This document shows positions 30,405 to 40,689 of a DNA stretch of 64,000 bases, piece by piece. The stretch covers positions 496,001 to 560,000 of the forward strand of contig CP060754.1 in assembly GCA_023205875.1 (NCBI GenBank), read 5' to 3'. Origin of the DNA: Chloropicon primus (Eukaryota). A program made the translations under genes and the position numbers. Below the pieces are notes generated by a model. That model was not told the DNA's origin and searched no databases. It saw only the letters and a program-made list of their open reading frames with translations. The first letter of the stretch is position 1; every line of letters begins with the position of its first letter.

Positions 30405-32723
30405 TTACATGGGCAGGAGGTCGTCCCCGAGCTCCTCATTGCCCCAGTCGTCGTCGTCCTGCGGGGCGAGCTTGCTGGGGGTGTTCCCCCCGCTCCTGCC
30501 CTGGGACGTGGAGGGCCTCTGCTGGTGGTGGTCGCCCATGAAGGCCTCCGGGTTGCGGTTGTAGGCCAGGGGGCTCTGCCGGGGCGGGCTCGAGTGGGCC
30601 GCCACGCTGTCCTGGTGCTGGGAGGCCTTGGCCCCGCCCTCCTTCTCGAGCTTCTTGAGCTTCTTCGCGTACCCCATGACCTCCTCCCTGCTCCCCAGCT
30701 CGTTGCAGAGGTGGACGAGGTACCTCAGGCACTCGACGTTGTCCGGGGACTCCTTGTGGATCTCCTTGTACTTCCTGAGCGCCAGGGGGAAGGCTCCTAT
30801 CCTCCTGTAGCAGCTCGCCACCATGAGCTTCCACTTGACCTCCAGGGGCTTGATGTTCGTGGCCAGCTCGAAGTAGGGCACGGCCTTCTCGTACATCTCG
30901 CTCTTGGCGTAGAACGCCCCGATCCAGGAGATCACGTTCATGCTCGCCGGGTAGATCCTGTGGGACTCCAAGTAAAAGTGCAGGGCCTTGGCCTCGTCCC
31001 CCAGGGTGCAGTGCAGGCTGCCCAGCGCGATCAGGACGCCGGGGTCGTTCGGCACGGCCGTGTTGAGGGCCTCGAACCACTTGACCGCCTCCTCGTGCCG
31101 GCCCATGATGTACAGGATGTCTCCGATCTGGTACATCACGTCGGTGCTCTCGGGGATCATGCTGTTCACCTTCTTGAACACGTCGTAGGCCTCCTGGATG
31201 TTCCCAAGGCTCTTGTTCGCCAGCCCGAGGTTGTACATGGCCTCCAAGCAGTCCGCCTCCACGTTCACCGCCTCGGCGTACATGTTTCTCGCCTCCTCGA
31301 AATCCTCCCTGACGAACGAGCAGTTGCCGGAGTTGACCAGCGCAAGGGCGTTGTACCTGTCCACGTCCGTCGCCATCTTCCCGTACTTCTCGGCGTTCTT
31401 CACGTCACTCTCCAAGAAGTACAAGAAGGAGAGGTTGGTCGCCGCGCTGGCCTTGAGCTCTTCCTGCTTCTTCTCGAAACCCTTGAGGCAGGACACCGCA
31501 GACTTGAAGTCCTTCTGGGAGAGGAACTCGAGGGCCTTGGCCATGTCCATCTGGCTAGCGAGCTCCATGAACCCATGGCTCGTGAGGTGGGACACGACCC
31601 AATCGTATCCCTCTATCTCCTTGCCCGGCACGACCTTTGGTGCGATAAGCCGCGCCGCTGTCAAGATGTACTTGTGGAGCTCGTTCTTCCTCCTCCTGAA
31701 CTCCTTCTTCAGGCCGTCGTCCGCGAGAGCGATCTCGATGCCGCCGTCCTCGCCCTCCTCCTCTTCCTGAAAGTCCATCTTGCCCTTGATCCCCAACAGC
31801 TTCAGAAAAGCCGTCTGGATCCTCTCGTAGTCTCCGAGCGCGTGCATGCATATCAGAAGGTTGAAAGCAGCAACGGGGTCTGGTATGCTCTCCACGACGG
31901 AATCCAAGGCCTGCACGGCGTCCTGGTACTGCCCCATCCTTATGAAGGAGAGCCCGATGTTCCGCAGAATCTTGAACTTCATGAACTTGGAAGTCGTCGG
32001 GATCTGGTCAAGCGACATGCGGTACATCTTGATGGCGTTCGGGAACTTTCCCTGCTCAAAATACGTGTTTCCCATCTTTAGCCTCACCGTTCCGCTGTGA
32101 GAGAACTGCTTGTTCTTGGCCAGAGAGCTGTACACGTTCAACGCGTCACTGTAGAGCTTGTTGTTGTGGTACTCTTGCCCCAGGTTCAGGCAGACGGAGA
32201 AGGTGAGGTCCATGTTGATCTGGTCGCCGCTTGACTGCTCCTCCCTCTTCTTTGAAAGGTTCCGTTCAAGCTTGGCGGCCTCCTTTGCCCTCTCCAATGC
32301 AAGCGAGTAGTCTCCCTTGGCGCTCATGGCTGCACTCTCCTCCAAGGCTTTGTGAACCTCGCGCTCGTCGTTCCGGCACTGCTGCTCGAACGTCTGCTCG
32401 GGCTTCTTGAGCACGGAAGTAAAAGCAACCTGGCCCGCCACAGCCTTGAGTGGATCCAACTTCCCCCGCACCTGAGAAGAGTACCCTGCCGCGCGGACTG
32501 AGGTCAGCGGGCGCGCCCCATCCTCCCCTCCCCTCGTCGCGGTCACCGCGTTCATCGCCGTCCCGAGCCTCCCGTTCGCTGGAAGCACCGGCTTCGCAAA
32601 CGTCCCCATGCTCTGCGCTTGCAGCTCATCCTCGATACTCGGCGCGTTGAAGTCGTTCTCCTGGTTATCATAACCCGTATACAGGTCGTCCTCCTGTTGG
32701 TTATTCCCGCTCCCTCCGTACAT
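30405..32723 (-). CDS. IFT88: Intraflagellar transport protein 88 (TPR)
   Basis: EDDLYTGY N-terminus, RPLTSVRAAGYSS, AIKMYRMSLDQIP, AATNLSFLYFLE, KWKLMVASCYRR.G, C-terminal DWGNEELGDDLLP. First ATG at 32723. Confidence 0.96.
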   Translation of the reverse strand: MYGGSGNNQQEDDLYTGYDNQENDFNAPSIEDELQAQSMGTFAKPVLPANGRLGTAMNAVTATRGGEDGARPLTSVRAAGYSSQVRGKLDPLKAVAGQVAFTSVLKKPEQTFEQQCRNDEREVHKALEESAAMSAKGDYSLALERAKEAAKLERNLSKKREEQSSGDQINMDLTFSVCLNLGQEYHNNKLYSDALNVYSSLAKNKQFSHSGTVRLKMGNTYFEQGKFPNAIKMYRMSLDQIPTTSKFMKFKILRNIGLSFIRMGQYQDAVQALDSVVESIPDPVAAFNLLICMHALGDYERIQTAFLKLLGIKGKMDFQEEEEGEDGGIEIALADDGLKKEFRRRKNELHKYILTAARLIAPKVVPGKEIEGYDWVVSHLTSHGFMELASQMDMAKALEFLSQKDFKSAVSCLKGFEKKQEELKASAATNLSFLYFLESDVKNAEKYGKMATDVDRYNALALVNSGNCSFVREDFEEARNMYAEAVNVEADCLEAMYNLGLANKSLGNIQEAYDVFKKVNSMIPESTDVMYQIGDILYIMGRHEEAVKWFEALNTAVPNDPGVLIALGSLHCTLGDEAKALHFYLESHRIYPASMNVISWIGAFYAKSEMYEKAVPYFELATNIKPLEVKWKLMVASCYRRIGAFPLALRKYKEIHKESPDNVECLRYLVHLCNELGSREEVMGYAKKLKKLEKEGGAKASQHQDSVAAHSSPPRQSPLAYNRNPEAFMGDHHQQRPSTSQGRSGGNTPSKLAPQDDDDWGNEELGDDLLPM

Positions 32724-32789
32724 CTTGCCCGAGGCCGTCCCGGGTTCCAAGATGCCACCTTTGTTGCGCACGAACGGCGTGCTTTTCCT

Positions 32790-32824
<35 letters not shown>

Positions 32825-32997
32825 GACAACAAAGTTCGTAAGAGGTTCGGGCGCACTACTGGGTTGCCATGACGAGACGCTCTTGCGCTCTCTCCACTTC
32901 CCACTTCTGTCGTCCTTGCGTAAAATTCAAAAAAACATTGGGGAAGGGGGACGGAACCAACTGCTGGATTGGATAGGAATAGGAATAGGAATAGTTA

Positions 32998-34146
32998 TTA
33001 ATTGTTCAGCACGAGCTTTTTGATCATCTGGGCGTCCGTGCCGGCACTAGCAGACTTTTCACTTTCTGCTCCCCCTTTCTCCGCTTTGGTGAGCAAGGCC
33101 CTGGCGGCACGGCTTCCGTTCTCTTTCCCGAGTTCTTTGCAGATATACTGTCCAGCTTGCAGAACCTGGCCGAGGTCGACACCCGTCTCTACGTTAAGGT
33201 CCTCTAGCATGTAGAGGACGTCCTCAGTCGCCACATTGCCCGTGGCCCCCTTAGCGTAGGGGCAGCCTCCCAGACCTGCCACGGAGGAGTCCACCACTGC
33301 GACTCCCAACTGGATGGATGTCAGAATGTTTGCCAAAGCTTGGCCGTACGTGTCGTGGAAATGCACCGCTAGCTTGTCTGTCTGCACGTCTTGCTGGACA
33401 CGCCGGATCATCCTGGACACGGAACCAGGGGAACCGACGCCTATGGTGTCCCCAAGCGATATCTCGTAGCAGCCCAAGTCAATCAATTGTTTGCTCAGCT
33501 TCGCCACGCTCTCCTCGGAGACTCTCCCCTCGTACGGGCAACCAATGACGCAAGACACGTAGCCCCTCACCTTGATGCCGTTTGACTTGGCACAGCTCAG
33601 AACTGGTTTGAACCTGTCGAGGCTCTCCTCGATGGAGCAGTTGATGTTCTTCTTGCTGAAGGCCTCGGAGGCCGAAGCAAAGATGGCTACCTCCCTCACA
33701 CCCGTCTCCACGGCTGCTTCCATGCCCTTCAGATTCGGAACCAGAGCTGGAAAAGATATGTCTGCGTTGCTTCCCTCGATCGCGGCCATGAGGTGTTTCA
33801 TGATCTCCTGGTGGTCAGACATCTGCGGAACCCACTTGGGGGAGACAAACGCCGTGGCCTCCACCGTCTTCAAGCCACTCTCCGCCAACCTGCGAATGAG
33901 TTCAAGCTTCTGGGCCGTCTCGATTCGCTTGGGCTCGTTCTGAAGGCCGTCTCTCGGCCCGACCTCCACGATTCGGACTGATTTTGGTAGGTTCGGCGAC
34001 CACGAAGCGGGCTCGGCTCCGTTCGAGAACTGTCTGACGCAGGTGTTCGAAGACCCCGACCAGCAGTAGCGGAGGGTGCTCCAACCCAGTTGCGCAACCT
34101 GCTTACGCCGGCAAAGGCTTGAAAGCGACGAAAGCTGCGGGCTCAT
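32998..34146 (-). CDS. HMGCL: Hydroxymethylglutaryl-CoA lyase, mitochondrial
   Basis: VRIVEVGPRDGLQNE, FVSPKWVPQM, ISLGDTIGVG, HFHDTYGQAL, GLGGCPYAKGATGNVATED. First ATG at 34146. Confidence 0.96.
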   Translation of the reverse strand: MSPQLSSLSSLCRRKQVAQLGWSTLRYCWSGSSNTCVRQFSNGAEPASWSPNLPKSVRIVEVGPRDGLQNEPKRIETAQKLELIRRLAESGLKTVEATAFVSPKWVPQMSDHQEIMKHLMAAIEGSNADISFPALVPNLKGMEAAVETGVREVAIFASASEAFSKKNINCSIEESLDRFKPVLSCAKSNGIKVRGYVSCVIGCPYEGRVSEESVAKLSKQLIDLGCYEISLGDTIGVGSPGSVSRMIRRVQQDVQTDKLAVHFHDTYGQALANILTSIQLGVAVVDSSVAGLGGCPYAKGATGNVATEDVLYMLEDLNVETGVDLGQVLQAGQYICKELGKENGSRAARALLTKAEKGGAESEKSASAGTDAQMIKKLVLNN

Positions 34147-34242
34147 CGTCTCCCTAGTCGCGTTAGCTGTGCACCACCGCTCCAATTCACTTCCCCTCAA
34201 AAGCTTTGTTTTTCAACTACACGCCAAGAGCTCCTCCAAACG

Positions 34243-34748
34243 TTAGCTTGAGCTGGTGTATGCTCCAATTCCCTGCGCAACGGCTCTGTCAGAAAAGTGC
34301 TTTTCGAAAGCGAGGCCGCAACCTCAGCGCCCTCCTTCGCTTACCTGCACGCCCCCCTGCTCCAGTAACTCCAGCTTCTTCTTTCCGTTCCTCAGGTAGT
34401 GCTCAATGAGCATCACGTTCCTCCTCTCTATATTTCGGTTCTTCTCGAGCTGGACTCGAGTATACTGCAAAATCTGCTTCCTCAACTCCGAGTCCTGCGA
34501 CCTGGTGTGCCTTATCACGCTCCTGTAAAGGGAAAGAACCTGGACCAAGGGACTTGTTGGTCAGTTACCTGCACCACATTCATGATGACATAAGTGGATC
34601 GAAAAAGGCAAGGGGTCGCCCTTCAACCAAGGGATTTCGAGCCCACGCGACGTAGCATGGCAACCCGCGGAGCCCCCCCTCCACTCGTCTCGCACCTCCT
34701 CGACCTCCTTACCTGCTTCTGAAGCCCTGTCAGCCTCCTCGTGCTCAT
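34243..34748 (-). CDS. SDHAF1: LYR-motif protein, succinate dehydrogenase assembly factor 1, 3 exons
   Basis: Exons 34748-34713, 34539-34345, 34272-34243. RLTGLQKQ|VLSLYR...IEHYLRNGKKKLELL matches Sdh6/SDHAF1. The last intron could instead read through to a stop at 34324, and an upstream in-frame ATG exists at 34817. Confidence 0.82.
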
Positions 34749-35139
34749 TCTACTCTTTCTCTGCTCTGGAGCTTCAAGCGAGCGGGCCACGTCACTCTCG
34801 TCACTCTCGATGGGCATCAATCTCAGGTCTTGGGGCGTCGTGTGTGTAGAAGAAGAACGAGGAGGGGGAGGAGGGGAGGTTTAGATCGATGGAATGAGTA
34901 GGCCGACCGCCTTCCTCGGAGGAACCCGCGCCTTTCCCAAGGTGGCTTGGCCGAGAAAATATACAACAGCGGAGAAACAAATAAATTTACAACAACAGCC
35001 GGCGAACCTCCGACGAACCTTCAGCGGGAAGCCGACGCACGAGAGTTGAGATCTCCTCGCTCGAGAATCGGTCGCTCCCCTCGGCGGCTACCTCCGGATC
35101 GGGCTCGCCCAAGACTGTCAGCGCTCATCCAGACCCCAG

Positions 35140-35784
35140 TCACTCGTCCAGGAGCTTGTACGAAACCATCGTGTCCACTTTGTGAACTTTTGTGGTGAAC
35201 GAGCGGAGTTTCACGCTCTCAGAGTTGATGATGTACCTCGGATCGCTGTCCTCCCACTCTTGCGGCGCCGAGGTGTCCTTCTTGGTGTAGACCAGGAGGT
35301 CGAAGGCGCAAGGGTCACTAAGAAGCGGCAAGAAAGTCACGCTCGCCGTGATCTGCCTGATGATCGCCTGAATCTCAGACATGATCTCCTTCTCCGGCTT
35401 CTCCACGCTCTTCTTTCCCTCCACGACGTCCTGCTCCGTCTCGATGTCGAAGGCCCAGCGCTCGAGCACCTCGTTCGTGTGCACGCTCGCTATGACCAGC
35501 ACGAGCTTCTCCAGCTTCCCCTCCGCCAGCCACCCAGATATCTGCGTAAGCACCCTGCTGAGGTACTTTGTCAGGCCCTCGTCGCTCGTCACCATCATCG
35601 ACAGGCCGTACTTCTTCGTCCTCTTGAAGTCCTCCGGAGCGTAAATACCCCTCTGGTAAAGGATGCTGTTCACGGCGTAGTTGAAGAACTCCGTCACAAT
35701 TTTCACGCTCCCCTTCAGACTGATCCGGTTCTGCGTCGCGGTTCCCCCGCCGCACAATCCCGCTCCCTCGATGTTCGGCGCCAT
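35140..35784 (-). CDS. MAD2: Spindle checkpoint HORMA protein MAD2
   Basis: ISLKGS..IVTEFF.YAVNSILYQRGIY, EVLERW.FDIE, IIRQITASVTFLPLL, LRSFTTKVHKVDT.VSYK. Confidence 0.97.
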   Translation of the reverse strand: MAPNIEGAGLCGGGTATQNRISLKGSVKIVTEFFNYAVNSILYQRGIYAPEDFKRTKKYGLSMMVTSDEGLTKYLSRVLTQISGWLAEGKLEKLVLVIASVHTNEVLERWAFDIETEQDVVEGKKSVEKPEKEIMSEIQAIIRQITASVTFLPLLSDPCAFDLLVYTKKDTSAPQEWEDSDPRYIINSESVKLRSFTTKVHKVDTMVSYKLLDE

Positions 35785-36111
35785 CCTACTCTCCTCCTTC
35801 TCCTACACTTTCACACCTTCACACACACACCTTCACACACAGGCTTGCTTCACTCTCCGCCTCTCTCTCTCTCTCCCTCTCTTCTGTCATTTCTCATTTT
35901 CAACGGCAAGCTCGGGGGGAAAAAGGGGGAAGAAGGCGATGCGATCGGAGGGTCGGAACCTCGGTGGACGACGACGACGTGGTGGCGTCATGCCGGGGGT
36001 GAAAGAAAGGTAGCCAGGCATGCAGGACGACTCGAAGTCGGGGGAAGTATACAGATACTGACGGAATTGGGAGCGATGAAACGACGAGACTGCTGAAGGT
36101 GGTGGGTGGTG

Positions 36112-36717
36112 ATGATGATGGACCTTGTCCTGTTCGTCGCCTGTTTAGGTTTCTTCCACACATCGGAGTACGCCCTCGTTTGGTTGTTCAACCCAACCGA
36201 GCTCTCCCATGAGTCCTGGCTGCTGTCTACGTCTTACTGCGCGGCCATGGCCCTGGCAGTCGTGGAGTATTTCGTGGAATCAGCTGCCGTCCCACATTGG
36301 AAGAACCAGAGCGAGTCCCTGGTGTGGGCAGGGTTCCTGGTGGTGGTGCTGGGGGAGGCCCTGAGGAAGGGGGCGATCCTCACGGCGAGGGCGAGCTTCA
36401 CCCATGCGATACAGATGGAAAGGAGGCCGCAGCACCAGCTCGTCACCCACGGTGTGTACTCCATCTGCAGGCACCCAGGCTACCTCGGTTGGATGCTCTG
36501 GTGCGTGGGAACCCAGGTGCTGCTGAGGAATCCAGCGTGTACCCTCATCTTCCTCGTCTGGTCCTGGAAGTTCTTCGCCGAAAGGATACCGCACGAGGAG
36601 AAGATCTTGCTGGAGATGTTCGGCCGGCGGTACAGGGACTACGCGGAGAAAACGAGGCTTTGGATCCCCTTGATCCCCTCGCCCGTGCTTTTGGATCCAC
36701 GAGCACGAATCGTGTAA
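36112..36717 (+). CDS. ICMT: Protein-S-isoprenylcysteine O-methyltransferase (STE14)
   Basis: FFHTSEY, GEALRK.AI.TA..SFTH.I, H.LVTHGVY...RHPGYLGW..W.VGTQV.L.NP, RI..EE..L...FG..Y.DY. Confidence 0.93.
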   Translation: MMMDLVLFVACLGFFHTSEYALVWLFNPTELSHESWLLSTSYCAAMALAVVEYFVESAAVPHWKNQSESLVWAGFLVVVLGEALRKGAILTARASFTHAIQMERRPQHQLVTHGVYSICRHPGYLGWMLWCVGTQVLLRNPACTLIFLVWSWKFFAERIPHEEKILLEMFGRRYRDYAEKTRLWIPLIPSPVLLDPRARIV

Positions 36718-36888
36718 CCCGCGCAGCTTGAATCAAAACTTTACTCTGGATTACAAAATCGACAAACAGTACATGCAGAAAAACAAAAAAACAAAAAAGC
36801 TGCCAAGGGGTGATTTGGCGCCGGGTCCAAAACTTTTTGCCGCCCGCCCCGCCCCGGTCTCAAAAAAGAGCCAAAAAACAAAATTCCT

Positions 36889-38025
36889 CTACGCCGCTGG
36901 GCAGATCTCGGTCGGCTCGCTGTACTTCTCCAACCAGCCCTGCATCTCCTGGATCTGCTGCATCTGGACGTTGATAATGTTCCTCATCAGCTGAGGGACG
37001 TTCAGATCCTCGTCGTCATAGCCCTTCGAGTCGGTCGCGTGCTTGAGAGCGATCCTGGACATGAGAATCGCGTTCCAATGGTGGGGAATCATCTGCTCCA
37101 TGAACACGGCGAGCTTGTTCGCCTCCTTCTCCTTCACCCTCATCTCATAGTTCATTTTGCAATCGATCGCCTCCATGCACTGGGAGAACGGGGTGCCGCT
37201 CGTGTCGCACAGGAACGTCTGCCCTGGGCAGAACGAGTCCTTCTCGGTGTCGAAGACCGTGACGTTGTCGTAGGTACCGCACTGCACGTCGAAGGCCTCG
37301 GGAGGAGTGCCGTAATAGTCCGCAGCAAGCGGAGTCACCAGGCTGTTCGCGTCCTGAGCTGGGTCGGTGACCACAACCAGGGCGCTCATGCCGCTGTGGA
37401 TGTGGCAGAAGTAGTAGAACTCCTTGGTCTTGGAATCCTCTGGGATGGTAATCTTGACGGAGTACGACTGCTCGCCCCCCTCAGCCTCCCACTGGTCCTC
37501 GGGCCTCTGGAACAGCGGCTCGTAGACGTCGAGGCCGCTCACAGTGCCATTGTTCCAGTTCTCATACGTCTCGCAGGAACCGTCGATGCAATACAGTGGG
37601 GCTTGCTTGACGCCGTCGCCGGGGTTGCAGAGGTATTCCTCCTCAGAGCACTCGTCAGGGGTCGGGAATTCTAACTCGGGGACATCCTCGTGGGCGCCGT
37701 CCGGATAGTAGGCGAGGCCCAGCGGATGGTACCAGTTGGTCGCGTCTTTCTGCACGAACGTGTACTCGACCCCCCTCTTGATCTCCAGGGTTGGCGCGAC
37801 GCCCTCGCAGCCCTCCACCTCGTACTGGTACTCCCACAGGTTCACCTTGAACACGAACTCGTTCTTCTCGTTCGGCAGGCACTTCTGAGAAAGAAGCTCA
37901 GGCTCCGTCTTGGTCTTGGTCGCTTCGACCGCGCCGTCTTCCGCAATCGCCGACGTCGCAAGTAATGCGGCCGCCAGGACCAAGGCGGAGGCAACCCCCA
38001 CCACACTCGTCTTCGTCATCATCAT
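36889..38025 (-). CDS. Secreted acidic protein with a cupredoxin-like motif and a C-terminal DUF305 (CopM-like) helix pair
   Basis: Signal peptide, WYHPLG, YYFCHIHSGM, FMEQMIPHHWNAILM...II..Q..QI.EM..WL. Confidence 0.75.
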   Translation of the reverse strand: MMMTKTSVVGVASALVLAAALLATSAIAEDGAVEATKTKTEPELLSQKCLPNEKNEFVFKVNLWEYQYEVEGCEGVAPTLEIKRGVEYTFVQKDATNWYHPLGLAYYPDGAHEDVPELEFPTPDECSEEEYLCNPGDGVKQAPLYCIDGSCETYENWNNGTVSGLDVYEPLFQRPEDQWEAEGGEQSYSVKITIPEDSKTKEFYYFCHIHSGMSALVVVTDPAQDANSLVTPLAADYYGTPPEAFDVQCGTYDNVTVFDTEKDSFCPGQTFLCDTSGTPFSQCMEAIDCKMNYEMRVKEKEANKLAVFMEQMIPHHWNAILMSRIALKHATDSKGYDDEDLNVPQLMRNIINVQMQQIQEMQGWLEKYSEPTEICPAA

Positions 38026-38218
38026 ACTCGTTTTCGTCGTCGCCACACTCTCTTTCTGCCCCAGCCGCCAGCCGTTACTGCCCCATACTATGCAAACGCT
38101 TGGTGAGAGAGCGAACAGCAAGGCAAGATGATAAGATCGATTTGCAGGACATTCTATAGATAATGCGTGGAAGGACCAACGCCAACGATACGATCGACCG
38201 TTGCTAATCCACGACAGC

Positions 38219-38924
38219 TCAGGCCTCCCGGAACTCGCCTTCCATGCCGTGTGGAAAGGGCTTGGCGCTATGCTTGGGCCTGCGCCTCCTGGCCCAGTCC
38301 TCGGAGGCGCGTTCTCCCTCCCTCGCTCCGTCGAAGAACCAACTCGGTGGGGGGAAGGGAAAGGTGTCGAAACTTCGCTTCAGGTCCTCCGTGTCATCGT
38401 CCGGGAAGGACGCCTGGTATTCACTGTTGAAGATTCCCGCAAAGTCCTCCATGAGGGAGTGCAAGGCGCCCATGCCGAACACATTTGCCTGGTCCTGAAA
38501 GTCCCCCAAGGCTTTGCTGCGGAACGGAAAGTCGACGCAATGGTAAGCGCTTTGCGGCAAGGAGGGGCGGCGCGAGGCGCGAGGCCACTTACCTGTCCGG
38601 CCCCAAGCTGCTGGTGGTCTCCTCCCGCGTGCTCTCGATTTCTTCCACAGGTTTGCCGGGGCACTGTTTGAGGAGGCGTCTGATGACCTGCGGGCGGGGA
38701 GGGGGGAGAGGAACGAAGCCAAAAGTCAGACCGAGCCGCCGTCGCGCTGGATCCCGTGCTCGCGGGGCCAGTTTCCTCACCTCGCACTTTTGAACAGGCT
38801 TCCCCTCCGGGCCTTCCTCGATTCTACACTTTCTGCTCTCGAACCTGGATAACGAACACCCTTCGCTTCCCTCTGGCGTCTCCGACTCGCCCCCGCACGA
38901 GGAGGAAGGGACAGGGTCCCACAT
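38219..38924 (-). CDS. Mal d 1/Fra a 1-associated protein-like, 3 exons
   Basis: Exons 38924-38781, 38687-38593, 38516-38219 join in frame. CS......KCRIEE...GK.VQKCE...LLKQC.GKPVEEIES..E.T resembles the plant MdAP/FaAP Cys pattern. Confidence 0.68.
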
Positions 38925-38931
38925 CGTCGGC

Positions 38932-38972
<41 letters not shown>

Positions 38973-39074
38973 CCGACGAGAACCGAACCGAAGAAGAAGC
39001 GCGGGGAAGTCGACGTTTTGGGAGAAGGCGTTGTTTACATGACACGAAAGAAAAAAAAAGAAGCAAAGGTTTTC

Positions 39075-40689
39075 TTACTTATTTCCGCCACCGTCTCCGA
39101 AGCTGGAATCGTAAGTCAAGTTGCTCTCGAGCTTCTTGACGTCGTTGAGCTTTCGAACCGCCTTCATGAAGTCCTCCTGGATGGTGTAGTCCCTCTCGTC
39201 ACGGATGGCAAACATGCCGGCCTCGGTGCAGATGTTTCTCAAGTCAGCACCGTTAAAGCCCTCCGCGAGCTTGACGATGGCCTCGTAGTCGATCTCCCCC
39301 TCCTTGGCGATCTTCGTGGCGTGAATCTTGAGGATGTCCATCCTGGCCTGCTCGTTGGGAAGAGGAATCTCTATCTTTCTATCGAGCCTTCCAGGCCTCA
39401 TCAGGGCGGGGTCCAGGACGTCAGGCCTGTTGGTGGCCATGATCATCTTCACCTTTCCGAGGCTGTCGAATCCGTCGAGCTGGTTCAGGAGCTCCATCAG
39501 GGTACGCTGGATCTCTCTGTCCGCACTCGTACCTTCGCTGAACCTCCTGCCTCCGATGGCGTCGATCTCATCCATGAAGATGATGCAAGGTTGGTGGTCC
39601 CTGGCGTAACCAAACATTTCCCTAATCAGCCTTGCACTCTCTCCGATGTACTTGTCCACGATCGCACTCGACACGACTTTCAGGAAGTTCGCATCGATGT
39701 TGCTCGCGATGGCTCTCGCTAGAAGCGTCTTCCCCGTTCCCGGCGGGCCGTACAACAGCACGCCCTTGGGTGGCTTGATTCCCACGCGAAGGAAGAGCTC
39801 GGGGTTCATCAGGGGCAGCTCGATCGTCTCTCTGAGCTCCCTGATCTGGTCTCCGAGGCCTCCCACCTGCGAGTAGTCCACAGCGCCCGGGTCCTCCTGC
39901 AACATATTGTACACCACCGGATCGACCTTGCGGTGGGAAAAGAAAGAGATAGAGCGGGTCAGCAGCAGAAGGGCCTGGCAGGTCAACAAGTGCACTCACC
40001 TCGCGTGGCAAGTGCCTCATGATCGTAAGCGTCGTCATGTCCAGCGCAACTCGAGCCCCCGCAACAAGTTTTTCCTTGTCCACTTTGTTTCTACACCCCA
40101 CTACATATCTAGGTCCGCTGCTGGCCTTGACGATAACTGGATCCACGGGGAGTTGCAGCACGAAGGAGGCGTCTTGTCAGTCAAAAAAATGATGGGGCGA
40201 GCACATCGAGACCCTGATCGCCGCGGAAACACTCCTCCCTCACTTACACTTCTCGCTGTCCAACTGGCGCAAGACTTCGCCTATTATTTGGCCGACGCTT
40301 TGCAGTGCCTTCAGATCGTCCTCGGTCTTGTCAAAAGCCTTTTTCGCTTCCTTCACCTGCTGCCGGAGATTTCGCACCTGCTCGGAAAGAACACGGGAAA
40401 AAGAGCGTCAGAGGCTCCAATTTCATCGGACGCACCCCCCCCTCTCGCGGCCCGCACCCCTCGCGTCTCCTTCTTCCCACTCGCGCGCGTTTCCCGATCG
40501 ATCACTCTCGGGAGTGGGGAGACGACGTCGTAGATCTCTCCCCTCTCTCCCCGCCCGCCACGAACGAAGCGCTTCACTTACCTGCGCATCGACCTCCTTG
40601 TGAGACAGGAGCTTGCTCCTGTACTCCGCCAGCGCCGCCTCACGGGCCTGGTCCACCGTCTCTCCTTCCATACTCATCGCCTCTGTCAT
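39075..40689 (-). CDS. PSMC6: 26S proteasome AAA-ATPase RPT4, 4 exons
   Basis: Exons 40689-40582, 40377-40248, 40136-40000, 39926-39075. [66 protein letters not shown]. Confidence 0.96.

Noticed and set aside
30057..32081. Long antisense or alternate-frame ORFs (e.g. 674 aa opposite IFT88, 478 aa opposite the P450, 568 aa at 20009-21715, 491 aa opposite POLE)
   Set aside because: Expected shadows of GC3-rich coding sequence; no motifs, and they mirror real genes.
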